A DNA stretch of 64,000 bases from Stegostoma tigrinum (taxonomy: Eukaryota): assembly GCF_030684315.1 (NCBI RefSeq), contig NC_081369.1:44809598-44873597 (forward strand), read 5' to 3'. Shown one piece after another: positions 1 to 12,944 of the stretch; the first letter of the stretch is position 1; each line of letters starts with the position of its first letter. Under the pieces are notes generated by a model that worked only from the letters and a program-made list of their open reading frames with translations, was not told the DNA's origin and did not search any database. The position numbers and the translations under genes were made by a program.

Positions 1-818
1 CTGCAACCGCAGGAAGAGCTACACTTGCCCCCACAACTCCTCCCTCAGCCCCATCCCAGGCCCCAAGATGACTTTCCATATTAAGCAGAGGTTCACCTGC
101 ACATCTGCCAATGTGGTATATTGCATCTACTGTACCCGGTGTGGCTTCCTCTACATTGGGGAAACCAAGCAGAGGCTTGCGGACCGCTTTGCAGAACACC
201 TCCGCTCGGTTCGCAATAAACAACTGCACCTCCCAGTTGCGAACCATTTCAACTCCCCCTCCCATTCTTTAGATGACATGTCCATCATGGGCCTCCTGCA
301 GTGCCACAATGATGCCACCTGAAGGTTGCAGGAACAGCATATTCCGCTTGGGAACCCTGCAGCCCAATGGTATCAATGTGGACTTCACCAGCTTCAAAAT
401 CTCCCCTTCCCCCACCGCATCCCAAAACCAGCCCAGCTCATCCCCTCCCCCAACTGCATCCCAAAACCAGCCCAGCCTGTCTCTGCCTCCCTAACCTGTT
501 CTTCCTCTCACCCATCCTTTCCTCCCACCTCAAGCCGCACCTCCATTTCCTACCTACTAACCTCATCCCACCTCTTTGACCCATCCGTCTTTCCTGGACT
601 GACCTATCCCCTCCCTAACTCCCCACCTATACTCTCCTCTCCACCTATCTTCTTTTCTCTCCATCTTCGGTCCGCCTCCCCCTTTCTCCCTATTTATTCC
701 AGAACCCTCGCCCCATCCCCCTCTCTGATGAAGGGTCTAGGCCTGAAACGTCAGCTTTTTTGCTCCTGAGATGCTGCTTGGCCTGCTGTGTTCATCCAGC
801 TTCACACTTTATTATCTC
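1..818 (+). mobile_element. Penelope-like retroelement (PLE, family A) 3' part: disrupted GIY-YIG endonuclease, C/T-rich 3' UTR and short terminus
   Basis: ORF 68..322 reads NVVYCIYCTRCGFLYIGETKQRLADRFAEH, a GIY-YIG motif with the CxxC typical of PLEs. It stops at TGA 320-322, where another copy has CGA. The C-terminus IFRLGTLQPNGINVDF lies in another frame. The element ends at ...cacactttattatctc like other copies; its 5' part is outside the window. Confidence 0.92.
725..752 (+). ncRNA. Minimal hammerhead-ribozyme-like motif in the PLE 3' region
   Basis: Sequence is CTGATGA-A-GGGT-CTAG-GCCT-GAAA-CGTC: catalytic boxes CUGANGA and GAAA, a short stem II, a palindromic ACGT in place of stem III, and a GUC triplet. 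Minimal hammerheads are known in PLEs. Stem I pairing is only about 2 bp, so activity is unproven. Confidence 0.6.
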
Positions 819-1420
819 AAATTTTAACCTGATGGGTTTGACTACCTAGAACCAATCCTACTGTAAGAAATTAATTGTTCATTGAAGATATAAAAGAAGC
901 TGTCATTTGAAAATTGTGGGAGCGTGAACTGTCATCTGAAGAGAAACTTTCTGGTTCTCACAGAAATCTCTAAGCTCCTAGAGTAAGCATTATTTAAGTA
1001 AAGATGCTACAGCACTCTTACCGAATATTCCTGACGCAAGATTTCAGCACAGAAAGGAATTCTTGCATGGAAAACAGTGAGGAAGGCAAAGAATGGAAGA
1101 CTTATCCTGGCTGTAATTTCAAGAGTTAGTTTTGATTTATTCTTTTCTTGTTACTTTGGTTTATATAGTTGGGACTTGTATTTATTGAAACAGCATGCCA
1201 TTAGAAAAATTTTGTTTTATTTGGGAATAATTAGTAAAGGTGGAATTATTCGGTTTGTTTGTAGTTCTGTTAGTTTGCTCATTGTTAGAGCTGGATAAAT
1301 AAATTGTTACTTGTTGCTTATAAAATGAGTATCAGGAATTTCTTTTGCTTAACCATTCCCATCCATAACAAATTGGGGGATTTTTTTCACACTTTTTCAC
1401 ACTTCCTTTAACAGATTACA
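819..1420 (+). mobile_element. Possible decayed LTR (solo-LTR-like)
   Basis: CCAAT (~852), TATA-like GATATAAAAG (~887), a T-rich U5-like tract and AATAAA (~1298) occur in LTR-like order. No TG..CA ends or TSD were found. Confidence 0.25.
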
Positions 1421-1479
1421 AGGTAAGGGGAGATGCCTGGGTGTTGTTTTTCCCTCCATACCACAGAGAGCAACTAGAA

Positions 1480-1700
1480 CCCCTGCATCATCTCCAAAAT
1501 GCACCCAGATATTACTTGGTCAGAGTGTGCTGCATAATCTTTGCATGTTGTGTTTTGCAAAGTGCAGCAGGCAAAGAGGGAATATGATGAATGCTGAAGA
1601 GATGGGAGAATGGAATCAGCCTTCCCAGAAGTGAAGATGCGGACATTGGCAGGAGCATTATAGAGCATTGCAACATTGGACACTACATGCCAGAGAGGAC
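1480..1700 (+). pseudogene. Harbinger/HARBI1-type DDE transposase C-terminal relic
   Basis: 1522-1560 translates RVCCIIFACCVLQ, resembling the '..IIxACCVLHN' C-terminal motif of HARBI1-family transposases. A GA-rich, acidic-coding tract follows. Confidence 0.45.
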
Positions 1701-2627
1701 TTAGCTGAGACCCAGTTCCAGTCAATGACAGCTAGGTTCTGTGCTCATTCATTGACTGTAAAGTTAGATGCTTGACATGCAGGCTGTTCCTTTCTGTTCC
1801 AAAAAACAAATTTAGCTTCTGTTTGATTGCAATTCATATTTGTGATGGTGAGTGGAAGTTATGTTTTCACTTCATTGAAGCCTTCCTTTATGTGATGGTC
1901 CCACAATGCATAATGCTAAGATGCTGGACTCCAATGGGCATTAGGGAAGGCGTAGCCATGACTTAGATGGCTGTAAGATGGGGTGTGGTGAAGGATAGGT
2001 AAGCGCTGTGGCCTGGAGTTGAAATAGTGATTTGGGTAGGAATGCGTAGATTTATGTGAAAGAAAGCATCAGTGTCTATGTGCCATGAGAGAGCTTTGGG
2101 GCTGCTCTGCCACTATGTTGATGGTGAAGGACAACTCTGGACTGGCAATGACTGACCAGGTACACAGCTAAGGGTTGAAGATGGCACTCGTACCAAGGAT
2201 CGTAGGATACTGTAGCAGTTGCAAGACTTTCTGCCCATGGTGACTGGGAGAATTCATCCAGTGTTAGATGAGAAGGGTGGCATAGGGATGTGGTATTAGT
2301 TGATAAGCTGACATTGTGACAGTAGCCTGAGAAAACCCACTAGATCACTGGGATAGAAGCTCTCCATGCAATTTGATGAAAATGACACTTGGCCAATTTC
2401 TGATAAGATTCACTTCAGTGAATTTGCATTTGCTTGGTAGTAATTAAGATTCATAAATCAGTTAAAAGGATATTTGACCCGAAAAGGACAAACGTTATGT
2501 TTTTAGTGTAGGTTTGGGTGGTAAGCACATCATCCATACAGAATTTTTAAACCTATAAATACATTTAGGGCACCTCAGACACTCCAATCTGAGATTTTCA
2601 CATTCATTGTATGTCACTATTTTGTTT

Positions 2628-5327
2628 ACATAGAACATAGAACAATACAGCGCAGTCCAGGCCCTTTGGCCCTCGATGTTGTGCTGACCTGTGAACTAAT
2701 CTAAGCCCCTCCCCTGACATTATCCCATCATCATCCATATGCTTATCCAAGGATTGTTTAAATGCCCCTAATGTGGCTGAGTTAACTACATTGGCAGGCA
2801 GGGCATTCCACGTCCTTACCACTCTCTGAGTAAAGAACCTGCCTCTGATATCTGTCTTAAATCTATCACCCCTCAATTTGTAGCTATGCCCCCTTATACA
2901 AGCTGAAGTCATCATCCTCGGAAAAAGACTCTCACTGTCCACCCTATCTAATCCTCTGATCATCTTGTATGTCTCTACTAAATCCCCTCTTAGCATCCTT
3001 CTCTCCAATGAGAACAGACCCAAGTCCCTCAGCCTCTCTTCATACAGCCTGTGCGCCAGACCAGGCAACATCCTGGTAAATCTCCTCTGCACCTTTTCCA
3101 ATGCTTCCACATTCTTCCTGTAATGGGGCGACCAGAATTGCACGCAATATTCCAAATGAGGCCGCACTAACGTTTTGTACAGTTGCAGCATGACATCACC
3201 GCGCCAGAACTCAATCCCTCTACCAATAAAACCTAACACACCGTAAGCCTTCTTAACTGCACTATCAACCTGGGTGGCAACTTTCAGGGATCTATGTACA
3301 TGGACACCAAGATCCCACTGTATAACCACACGACATAGAATCTTTCCATTGACCCAGTATTCTGCCTTCCTATTATTCCTTCCAAAGTGAATCACCTCAC
3401 ATTTATCCCTATTAAACTCCATTTGCCACCTTTCAGCCCAATTCTGCAGTTTATCCAAGTCTCCCTGCAACCTGCAACATTCTTCCACACTGTCCACCAC
3501 TCCACCGACTTTTGTGTCATCTGCAAACTTACTAACCCATCCACCTGCCTGCATCCAAGTCATTTATAAAAATGACAAACAACAGTGGTCCCAAAACAGA
3601 TCCTTCAGGCACACCACTAGTGACCTGACTCCAGGCTGAATATTTTCCATCAACCACCACTCATTGCCATCTTACAGAAAGCCAGTTTCTAATCCAAATG
3701 GCTAAATCTCCCTCAATCCTGTACCTCTGCATTTTCTCCAGTAGCCTACCACGTGGAGCCTTATCAAAGGCTTTACTGAAGTCCATGTACACCACATCAA
3801 CTGCCCTTCCCTCATCCACATGCTTGGTCACCTTCTCAAAAAACTCAATGAGGTTTGTGAGACACGACCTGCCCTTGACGAATCCATGCTGATTATCTCC
3901 AATCAAATTGTTCCTTGCTAGATGATTATAAATCCTATCTCTTATAATCATTTCCAAAATATTCCCTACAACAGACGTAAGGCTCACAGGTCTATAATTA
4001 CCTAGGTCATCCCTACTGCCCTTCTTGAACAAGGGCACAACATTTGCAATCCTCCAGTCCTCTGGTACTAAACCTGTAGACAATGAGGACTCAGAGATCA
4101 AGGCCAAAGGCTCCGCCACCTCCTCCCTAGCTTCCCAGACATTCCTCGGAAAAATCCCATCCAGCCCAGGGGATTTATCTACCTTCACACCTTCTAGAAT
4201 TGGTAACATCTCATTCTTACTAACCTTAATCCTTCCAATTCTAGTAGCCCATAACTCAGTCATCTCCTCTGTAATATTCTCCTTTTCCTCAGTGAAAACA
4301 AATGAGAAATAATCATTTAGCACCTCTCTAATCTCCACAGGGTCCACACACAATTTCCCACTTCTGTCTTTGACTGGCCCTATTCCTACCCTCGTCATCC
4401 TCTTATTCCTCACATACCTATAGAAAGCTTTAGGGTTCTCCTTTATTCTACCTGCTAATGTCTGCTCATGTCCCCTCCTTGATCTTCTTAACTCTCTCTT
4501 TAAATCCTTCCTAGCTAATCTGTAATTCTCCATCGCCTCATCTGAACCATCTCATCTCATTGTCACATAAGCCTCCCTCTTCCGCTTGACAAGAGATACA
4601 ATTTCTTTAGTAAACCACGGTTCCCTTACCTTATTGCTTCCTCCCTGCCTGACAGGGACATACCTATCAAGGACACGCAATATCTGTTCCTGAAACCAGT
4701 TCCACATTTTGATTGTCCCCATCCCCTGTATTTTGCTAACCCATTCTATGCCTCCTAAGTCTTGCCTAATCGCATTATACTTGCCCTTCCCCATCTATAA
4801 CTCTCGCCCTGTGGCATGTTTCTATCCCTTTCCATTGCTAAAGTAGACTTAACCAAATTATGGTCACTCTCTCCAAAGTGCTCACCTACCACTAAATCAA
4901 ACACCTGGCCTGATTCATTACCAAGTACTAGATCCAGTGTGGCCTCCCCTCTTGTCGGCACTTCGACATACTGTGTCAGGAAACCCTCCTGCACACATTG
5001 GACAAAACTGATCCATCCAACGTACTAGAGTTATAGCATTTCCAGTCAATGTTAGGGAAGTTAAAGTCTCCCATAAAGACCACCCTGTTCCTTCCAGTCC
5101 TGCCCAGAATAGTTTTGCCGATTCTCTCCTCCAAATCCCGGGGAATTTGCGGAGGCCTATAAAAAAACTCCCAGCAGTGTTGCCTCCCCTCTCCTGTTTC
5201 TGACCTCAGCCCATACCACCTGAGTAGACGAGTCCTCATCAAAAGTTCTTTCAGCCACCGTTATGCTGTCCTTGACTAACAAAGCCACACCTTCCCCTCT
5301 TTTACGACCTTCCCTGACCTTAATGAA
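2628..5327 (-). mobile_element. CR1-clade LINE, 5'-truncated; ORF2 (APE endonuclease end plus RT) broken by frameshifts
   Basis: Minus-strand ORFs carry YRPP..GDFNFPNIDW (APE), NYRPVSLTSVVG, QHGFVKGRSCLTNL, YMDFSKAFDK, KFADDTK and LYKTLVRPHLEYCVQFWSP. The 3' end has the short tail repeat (TTCTATG)n at 2628-2643. Confidence 0.96.
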
Positions 5328-7953
5328 TGACTGTGTTCACCATTCATTTAATCATTATTTTTAGGCTAAATCTGGTCAATTCTGTTTTAAAAGGCCTGAA
5401 ATTTTATACTGTGTTAGTAAACAAAAACTCACATGCACAAAAAAATGGGATTTGTGGGATGGGAACAATGGTGGTTAAAATTAAGTGAATCAAAAGGGCT
5501 TTAAAGCTAAGTAGTTACACATGAAATGTTGGGAAGTTTTACAAAGGTTTCTAACAGTTTCAATGGATGTCTTTAAAATTTGTCAAAAAGAATTGGATCA
5601 CAAAAATGTCTTGGAGAACTCAAAAGATGGCACTACAGTCCAAAAGCAAAAGCCAATTCTTTAGCTAAGGGATAGAGTCAGACAACATTTAAAACCTCAC
5701 TTTTATGGCTCACGCTGTGGACTTGATGGTGCAGAGTGTGTTTGGAAACTTGGTGATGGCTACTTCGAGTGCACTGTACAGGTATGATAATTAAAAGATG
5801 CTCAGAAGGAAGCAAGGCAGAGAAATTCAGGGCATGGCTTAATTTCACTGCTGCTGTCAATACCAGTTGTATGACCCACGATACCTATTGTTTTCTTTGT
5901 TGTATTTGGCTTAGTTGAGTCTCTAGTCATTTGGTGACTCAGTATCTGCAGGAAATTCCAAATTGGGTTGTCTGTCAGTAAATGTCTGTGGGCAAGTGCT
6001 GATGGGTTAGTATGGTAGGCCGTCGCGCAATCTGATCTTATTTACATTCGATCATTGTTCCCTGTCTACTTTGAATTCATACCAAAACACACAGCCTAAT
6101 TCCAATGGGACTGTTGATTTTAGCAACATCACAAATAGTCCAAAATATCTTGCAAGCAGGTTTATAAGCTCTCTGGGAAAAACGCAAAAATACAAAAAAG
6201 CAAGAAAACCACAAGAAGCCGATTCAGCTACACTTTTACACAGCACAACAGAGTGCTTAAACGTTGGATGTCCATTTTGTACGGGATGGTTTATAAATGT
6301 GAGCTATTAAACTCTGGGGACTCATTTGAACATCGAAACCAAGAACTTGGCGGAGGCATCCATGCAACTGGAAAACCTGACCAGAAAATTAAATAGCGTG
6401 CTACCTGAGGAGAGATATGGTGCCAATTATCTCCACCTTTATATCTGTACTGTTGAATCTATAGATCAATGTCCGTCACCAATCCCATAAAAACACATCT
6501 ACTGTCCAAAGAAATACAGAATCCAAATGCAGCATTTTAAAACATAAATGGTAAAGATCTCTTGCACAAACACATTTATATTGTAAATATAACCTTGCAC
6601 TGCCTGGTCAATCTTGTATTTTTTTGAGATTATCATATGTTAAATATAAAAATAATATGATTAACTATCTATTTCCCGTCTGTTAACCCTTGATTAAAAT
6701 CCTATGATCTTTCATGATTATATCAATTAAGAATTTAAGTTCTCTTAGGTGCAGCTTATCGTGAGAAACATTCTCAGTTGTCTGAAGTTGAAGTTTGTTA
6801 TTTGTTATTTCATGATAGCGCAGACTGTGGCAGAAAGACATGAATGATTTTTTAGCTTTAAAATATTTGGGCAGGAGTACAATTATGTCTTATCATATTA
6901 CAGCTGTTGGTGACAACTCACAATTAAGTACTTCAGGGAAGTTTACTTTGATACCAATTGAATTTCTATGGAGCAACAATACTAGGAAGAGAAAGAGAAA
7001 CGATGCTATGGAAACAACAATGAGGATATGACTGAAGTCATTACAGGGAACAGACCTGAACATGAAGTAATGTGTCAGAGGGCGCAACATTCTGATTTCA
7101 TTAGGATCAGCTTTTTTTAAAAACAACCTATTTTAATCAGATTCAGCATCTTTGACATGGAAGAAACATTAAAAATGCCTGTTATGACATGTAATGTCAT
7201 GACAAAAAATCCTATAATGTATGACATTAAAGAGGTTATTTGATCAGACAAAAGAATTCAGCATGCTTGACAGGCTGTAAAATAAGGCATTAAGACAGCT
7301 GAAAACTTGATTACAAGTTAGCTCACAGCATTAAACACAAGGCTTTTTGTTTAGCTCAGATAAGACAAGCTCCTTTAAAACCTCTTCATGGTACATACTG
7401 CTGCTATCCTAAGGTTTCAGATTTTAAACTCAAAAATTCTGGTTCAATTTCATTACTTCCATCATAACAGGAGCATTGGCTTAATAAGCTTTCACCCAGA
7501 CCTTGGAACTACCAAGTCCTGCTTTTCCTGAGAGCTACTGTAGAGAATTTGGGCTGAAATTTGATAATGATGGCAAAATTGTCTGTGCTCACCATTATTA
7601 CTGCACTGAAGCTGGCAGCAAACTTCAGAATTCTGCACATGTGCAGGATAATATGGAAGCCCTGAAGTTGCCATCAGTAGTTCTAAGATTCTGTGGGCTA
7701 CTGAAGCAACTCTAGATAGCAATGAAGAGGAAAGCAATTGAATTGAGCAAAAATTTGATTCTTATGCTGTTAGTCTCACTGTAATAACAAATGAAAGATT
7801 AATACCTTGTTTAATGAGGTGTAATTTCTTTTCTTTAATGCCATATTAACATCATAATTACGAATAAGTACACTTCTGATAGCCAGTAAGTTAACTTTGT
7901 GTTTGAAGAATGTCAAATTTCCCCATGACAAGAAAAATTGTCATATAATCTTA

Positions 7954-8158
7954 TCAGAGATAGTAGGAACTGCAGATGCTGGAGAATCCGAGACAATAAG
8001 GCGTAGAGCTGGATGAACACAGCTGGCCAAGTAGCATCAGGGGAGCAGGAAGGCTGATGTTTCGGACCTAGACCCTCCTTCAGAAAACCATCAGCCTTCC
8101 TGCTCCTCTGATGCTACATGGCCTGCTGTGTTCATCCAACTGTACATCTTGTTACCTC
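7954..8158. mobile_element. PLE family A hairpin mini-insertion (two inverted 3' ends)
   Basis: The long terminus tcagagatagtaggaac.. is on the left and the short terminus ..cttgttacctc on the right. The turn at ~8085 is next to the hammerhead core. Partial TSD tcatataa at 7941-7948 and 8157-8164. Confidence 0.88.
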
Positions 8159-9214
8159 ATATAACTATATCCTAGTTTTGAGGTTTGTGTATTCATTACT
8201 TTCTATTTCAGCCCAATTATAATTTTTCTCCCCTTTTAAGCATCTTGAAATATCTGCGTTGTTGTGTGCGTCAATACTTCTGTCTATCTGGCTGTTTATC
8301 TGCTTGCTTATGTTATTATTACTGCATACCAAGCAATCCCCCGATTTGGCATCAACATTGAACTTTTGTTGGAAAAGTGGAAAACTACACCACAGAAGTC
8401 ACACAATCTTTGTGGGCAGATTTCCTCAAGGTCAGTGATGGGTGCCCATTTCTTTGCCACCAACTGCAAAACTTGGGACTTTGCGGTTTACGCTCTGGAA
8501 GCTCAATACTACAAATAATGAGGTTTATACAAAGAATGTAAACCAACTTTATTTCACAGTTCACGTGAAAAATTTAGAATCTTTGTTTCCACAATCCCTG
8601 CATATAAATGGCCTTTATTGTACAGTGAACTTCAATTTTCACATGTTGTTGGTATAATACAAAAGACAAGCTTGAAGGGAACCTGGTCTAGATACTGGTC
8701 TGTATCACTGTACTCAAGCCAATGTTGTCCACAAGCATAGCTCTCTACAGGCATCAACAATTGAGTCTTTTAGGCTGTGTCCAACATCTAGTTTAGGGTT
8801 TTGAGAGCACCTTATCCATTAGGTGCTTGGCAATCAGACTAATGCTGGAAACTCCACTGCAGACAGCATTGAATACACCAAACACTCCACGTTAGATTGC
8901 ACAATCATTTAATGATAAAGGATGTGGAAAGTAGACTCCTTCACAGCTAGGAGCAGATGTGTTTTGCACATTGCCTAATGACAGCACAAAAAAATCATTT
9001 GGTTGCCTTGATTTGAATGCAGGCCCTGAGGAAGCTGCATCTTTTTTTCTCACCCTTAGCATTTGGTCAACATTAGAGAGGTTGCATTTTATTAGCACGG
9101 AGGGAATGTTGTTCTGTTATTATAACTAAGCAGTTTGCTTAACCATTTCTGAAAGCTTTAAGTTTAAACAATAAACTATAAACAAGATTCACAGGCAAAC
9201 TGAGTATTGATGAA

Positions 9215-9419
9215 AATTCCCCTCCTTGAAGGGTATTAGGAAAGCAGTTGCGTTTTAATGCAGAACAGCAGTGATCATGTTCACTCTTTCTGCTATTGTT
9301 CTACGTAGTACTAAACGTATTGAATTTAATTCTGTATCTTGTTGTGATAGGATTGGAAATCAAGGGCCCTGTTTTCTCCTTGTAGTACCTAACAGTTTCA
9401 GGAAGATAAATCACTTCCA
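9215..9419 (-). mobile_element. Very old copy of the tRNA-derived SINE seen at 38730-39385
   Basis: Loose similarity (cctccttgaagggtattagg...gaatttaattc...ggattggaa) to 39170-39310. Confidence 0.3.
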
Positions 9420-9500
9420 TCTAGGCCCAAAACGTCAGCTTTTGTGCTCCTAAGATGCTGCTTAGCCTGCTGTGTTCATCCTTCTTCACACTTTGTTATC
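9420..9500 (+). mobile_element. PLE family A 3'-terminal fragment
   Basis: tctaggcccaaaacgtcagcttttgtgctcctaagatgctgc...ctttgttatc. It begins inside hammerhead stem II and ends at the short terminus. Confidence 0.85.
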
Positions 9501-10048
9501 AACATTCATGAAGTTCACTTACACCCTGGCCATGGTGCTGAATCATCAAGATTGGGAAAACTAACGTCAGGGATCCATCTGCTTGTTGACATATCTGGAT
9601 ATTGTTTTATGCATAACATCTCATATATTCTTCTGATCACCCTTAAGAGGAATTTGACAGGAATAATGTGTTTCACAATGTTCAAGAAGATATACTTGCA
9701 ACCATTATTTGTAGATGCTGTTAGTTTCATACATGCAAACAACTTGAGATTGGAAAGCTGAAAATGAACTGAAATAACTGACAGAAAAAAACAATGTCAA
9801 GAAACAGTAGTGTTTTGGTCCAGAAACATGAGGTGGGCTAAGTAGTGAGAGATTAGGAAAATTGCCAACTATTGTCTTTCAAAGGTGGAAAGAGATGTAG
9901 AATAGTTTAGGGAGGAGAAAACTAGAGCGTAGGGTCAGGACTCTAGTATAGTTGTCCCAGATTATGGGGTGGAACTTCAAGGAACTCAACAAAGGAGATG
10001 AATTAGAGAACTAAAGTATTTGGAAAGGGATTCATATCTAAAGAAGGA

Positions 10049-10081
10049 TTAGGCTTAGATTAGGGTTAGGGTTAGGGTTAG
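10049..10081 (+). repeat. Short interstitial telomeric repeat (TTAGGG)3 with degenerate flanking units
   Basis: ttaggc ttaga TTAGGG TTAGGG TTAGGG ttag; the perfect part is 10060-10081. Confidence 0.75.
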
Positions 10082-10456
10082 ATGTAGAGTGGGATAGGCT
10101 GGGCAGTTGTACAGACTAGCATTAGGATTTTAAATTTGGAGCTTGGAAGGAATATTATGTATAGATGTATATAAATAGTACAGAAAAATAGTAGCTCATT
10201 GCACACTTGAGCATTCAGAATAGGCCAAACTAATGACATGCCATGATATTAGAGCATATGATTTAGCAGGTGCTTATGGTTAATTGGTTTATTAATTTTT
10301 GAAACAATGCAGGCAGAGTTTATCTTATACATGCCGGAACACTGAATTTTTACAAAGTAGACAAACAATGAAACAATGTGGATTCAGTCAGTGAAGTGGA
10401 AATCAACGTCCTTTCTTCATGATTAGAGTTGGTAGATATAAAAGGAGAACAAAAGA

Positions 10457-10680
10457 CCGTCTCATGGTGCAGTGGAAGAGTCCCTACGCCGGACCAAGGC
10501 TTGAGTTCAAGTTCAACCTGCTCCAAAGGTGATAGAAAAATAGGCTAAATTTTTAAAAATATATAAAGGGAGGACAGGTCTCTTGTGGTGTAGTGATAGT
10601 ATTCTATCTCTGGGTCAAGAGGCCCAGGTCCAAGTGCTGTCTGTAATAAAATCTTTAGACAAATTGGTTGGAAACTATCT
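10457..10680 (+). mobile_element. Two adjacent short tRNA-derived SINE copies (10457-10530 and 10577-10680)
   Basis: Each copy has an A-box-like TGGTG(C/T)AGTG and a B-box-like G(A/G)GT(T/C)CAAGT. The copies resemble each other and neither forms a cloverleaf. Confidence 0.5.
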
Positions 10681-11439
10681 TTCATGGGGAAATGGATGGG
10701 ATACGTTTATGAAAAAAAAACTGTAGGACTGAGCAGTATCTCTATCTAAACCTTATCCACAAAAAAAAATCTTGATTTCCGCTTCACTGACTAGCTTAAA
10801 TCCAAATTGTTTTATTGCTTTCCCACTTCTTAAATATTCAACGTTCCATACAAAATAAACTTCATCTGCATTGTTTCAAAAATCAAAACTTGGAACAAAA
10901 TCACAGGGCTAAATTGCAAAAACTGAAATAGCACAAAATGATCAGTTTTACACCTCCTGAAAAAAATTGGATTGATAACTCAATCATTAAAGAATTTTCA
11001 GCTGCTACAAAAATATTTAATTGCTGAAACTTTGCCATGCATTAATTGCAAGATTAACCTTACAATTATTGCATGGTTGTCAACTAGATTTTTACATTTT
11101 GTATGGTGGATGAGAGGGAACAAACAATCATTGGTCTTAACAACTGCCATCTGAAATGTACCACAAAGGAGCCCTTCAGCCTCGACAAATTATCACCAAT
11201 TTGCTTTTCTGTAGCTTTCATGTCAACATTCAAAATACATATTGTATAATTGGGATTGATTGATGAACTGGGGAGATAGGTTTGACACCTTCCAACTTCT
11301 GGTGCAAAACTGGTGAAAAATTGCGAACACCTTGAAATTTTGTCTCAGAGCTCACCTGTATGAAAGTGGAAAATGGTGAAAGCGTTTGGGTATTCCAATG
11401 CAATTCCAATCCTCAAGAATATTGGTCAGTTATTATGTA

Positions 11440-12160
11440 AAGCCCATCAGTCAATAGAAAAGCAGAATATTTTTTAGAAAGGTGTGAAAATTTTAAATGT
11501 TGATGTTCAGAGAAGTTTGGATGTGCTCACATGATGAACATAGAAAGTATGCAGTTTTGCCAAGCAACTAGAGAAGCAGGTGGAATTTGACATTTAGTGC
11601 AAGGGGATTGAAGTAGACAGGAATTAAGAAGACTCGCTGCAATTCTACTGGATTTTAGTGAGATAAATATCTGGATACTCTGTGCAGCTTTGGTCTCCAG
11701 GCTGAAGGAAGGATATCCTTGTCGTACAGGTGTTACAGCAGAGGATCATCAAATTGGTCTCTGGAATGAGGGGCTGGCCTTATTTTAAGAGATTGAGTAA
11801 ATTGGGACATTACTCTTTGGAATGCAGTTGAACAAGAGGTAATTTCATTGAAATGTAAAAGATTCTAAAGGAGCTTGATAGAGTGGGCATTCAGAGATTA
11901 TTTTTCTGTTGGTCTGAGAAGTTAAAAAACAGGGACAGAGTCTCAGGATAAAAAGCTACCATTTAGGACAGAGCTGAGAAGGAATTGCTTCATATGAATT
12001 CTCTATACCACAGGGTAATGGATGTTTAACCATTGAATATACGTATATATGGTTGAACTTGACTGATTTTTGGTTTCAGGGTTTAAATGCAGTTGAAGCC
12101 CAAGTTAAGCCATGATTGTATTGAATAGCAGATGGGCTTTATGATCTAATTCTTGTTTTC
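11440..12160 (+). mobile_element. Decayed CR1 LINE 3' fragment
   Basis: Residual motifs YSVQLWSPG..KDIL and RGNFIE, followed by a CR1-type 3' UTR (agccatgattgtattgaatagcaga). Confidence 0.75.
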
Positions 12161-12380
12161 TCATGAGTCTGTTTCTGCAGAAATGAATTTATTAACAGCA
12201 CCTCTGTCCTTTTGTCAGAAGCTTTTGGCATTCTCTTTGAGGATAACTAATTAGACTAAAGATTCAGTACAATTAGATGGAATATGTGCAATTTTTTCAT
12301 TGGGTCTCAGTCAAGCAAAATATTGTTTCCAAACCTCTCATCCATGCTTTCAATTCTCCACACAGCTTTTCCCCTCCCTA

Positions 12381-12534
12381 AGTAAATAAAAAAATGTGGA
12401 AGTTGAAATTCTGAAATAGAACCAGAAATTGCTGGAGAGACTCAACCGGTCTGGCTGCACCTGTGGAGTGAAAGCAGAGTTAACATTAGAACTCTTCATC
12501 AGATCTACTGAGTTTCGCCAGCAACTTCTGTTTT
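12381..12534. mobile_element. PLE family B hairpin mini-insertion with 14-bp TSD
   Basis: Inverted arms cagaaattgctggagagactca / tgagtttcgccagcaacttctg. The turn is at ctcttcatcag (CTGATGAAGAG on the minus strand). Exact TSD ttttcccctcccta at 12367-12380 and 12531-12544. Confidence 0.8.
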
Positions 12535-12944
12535 CCCCTCCCTATTTCTGTAATTCTAATTCATGCTTCATCTGCATTCCCAATTATAATTGCTCCAATA
12601 TTGCTGACTGTGCTGTCATTTGCTTGGGCCATTTTCTAGAATATTCTCCCCTGCACCTTTCTGCCTCGATTCCTCACTTTGCTCTTTTAAGACCCTCCCT
12701 CAAACATACCAAGTTTTGCTCACATGTACCAGTATCTCTGTGTATGGCCTGGTGTCACAGCTTGTTTTATAATGCTCCCATAAAGCATAATAAATACTAC
12801 ATTAATACAAGCCATTGCTAACCCCACCCATTTGACATTTAATTTCTATAATGGCTATGGAGCTATAGCCTCAAAGTGCAATGATTGAGTTCATTAAGCC
12901 TGTTTCAGCTTTATGCCCATACAACAAAAAAGTTTCCAATCAGC

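Noticed and set aside
326-769. Pro/Ser-rich ORFs here and at 42863-43351, 44221-44625 and 62880-63308
   Set aside because: They are alternative frames through the C-rich PLE 3' UTR.
2604-5242. Long minus-strand ORFs (319 aa, 290 aa) as a functional gene
   Set aside because: They are consecutive frameshifted pieces of a 5'-truncated CR1 ORF2.
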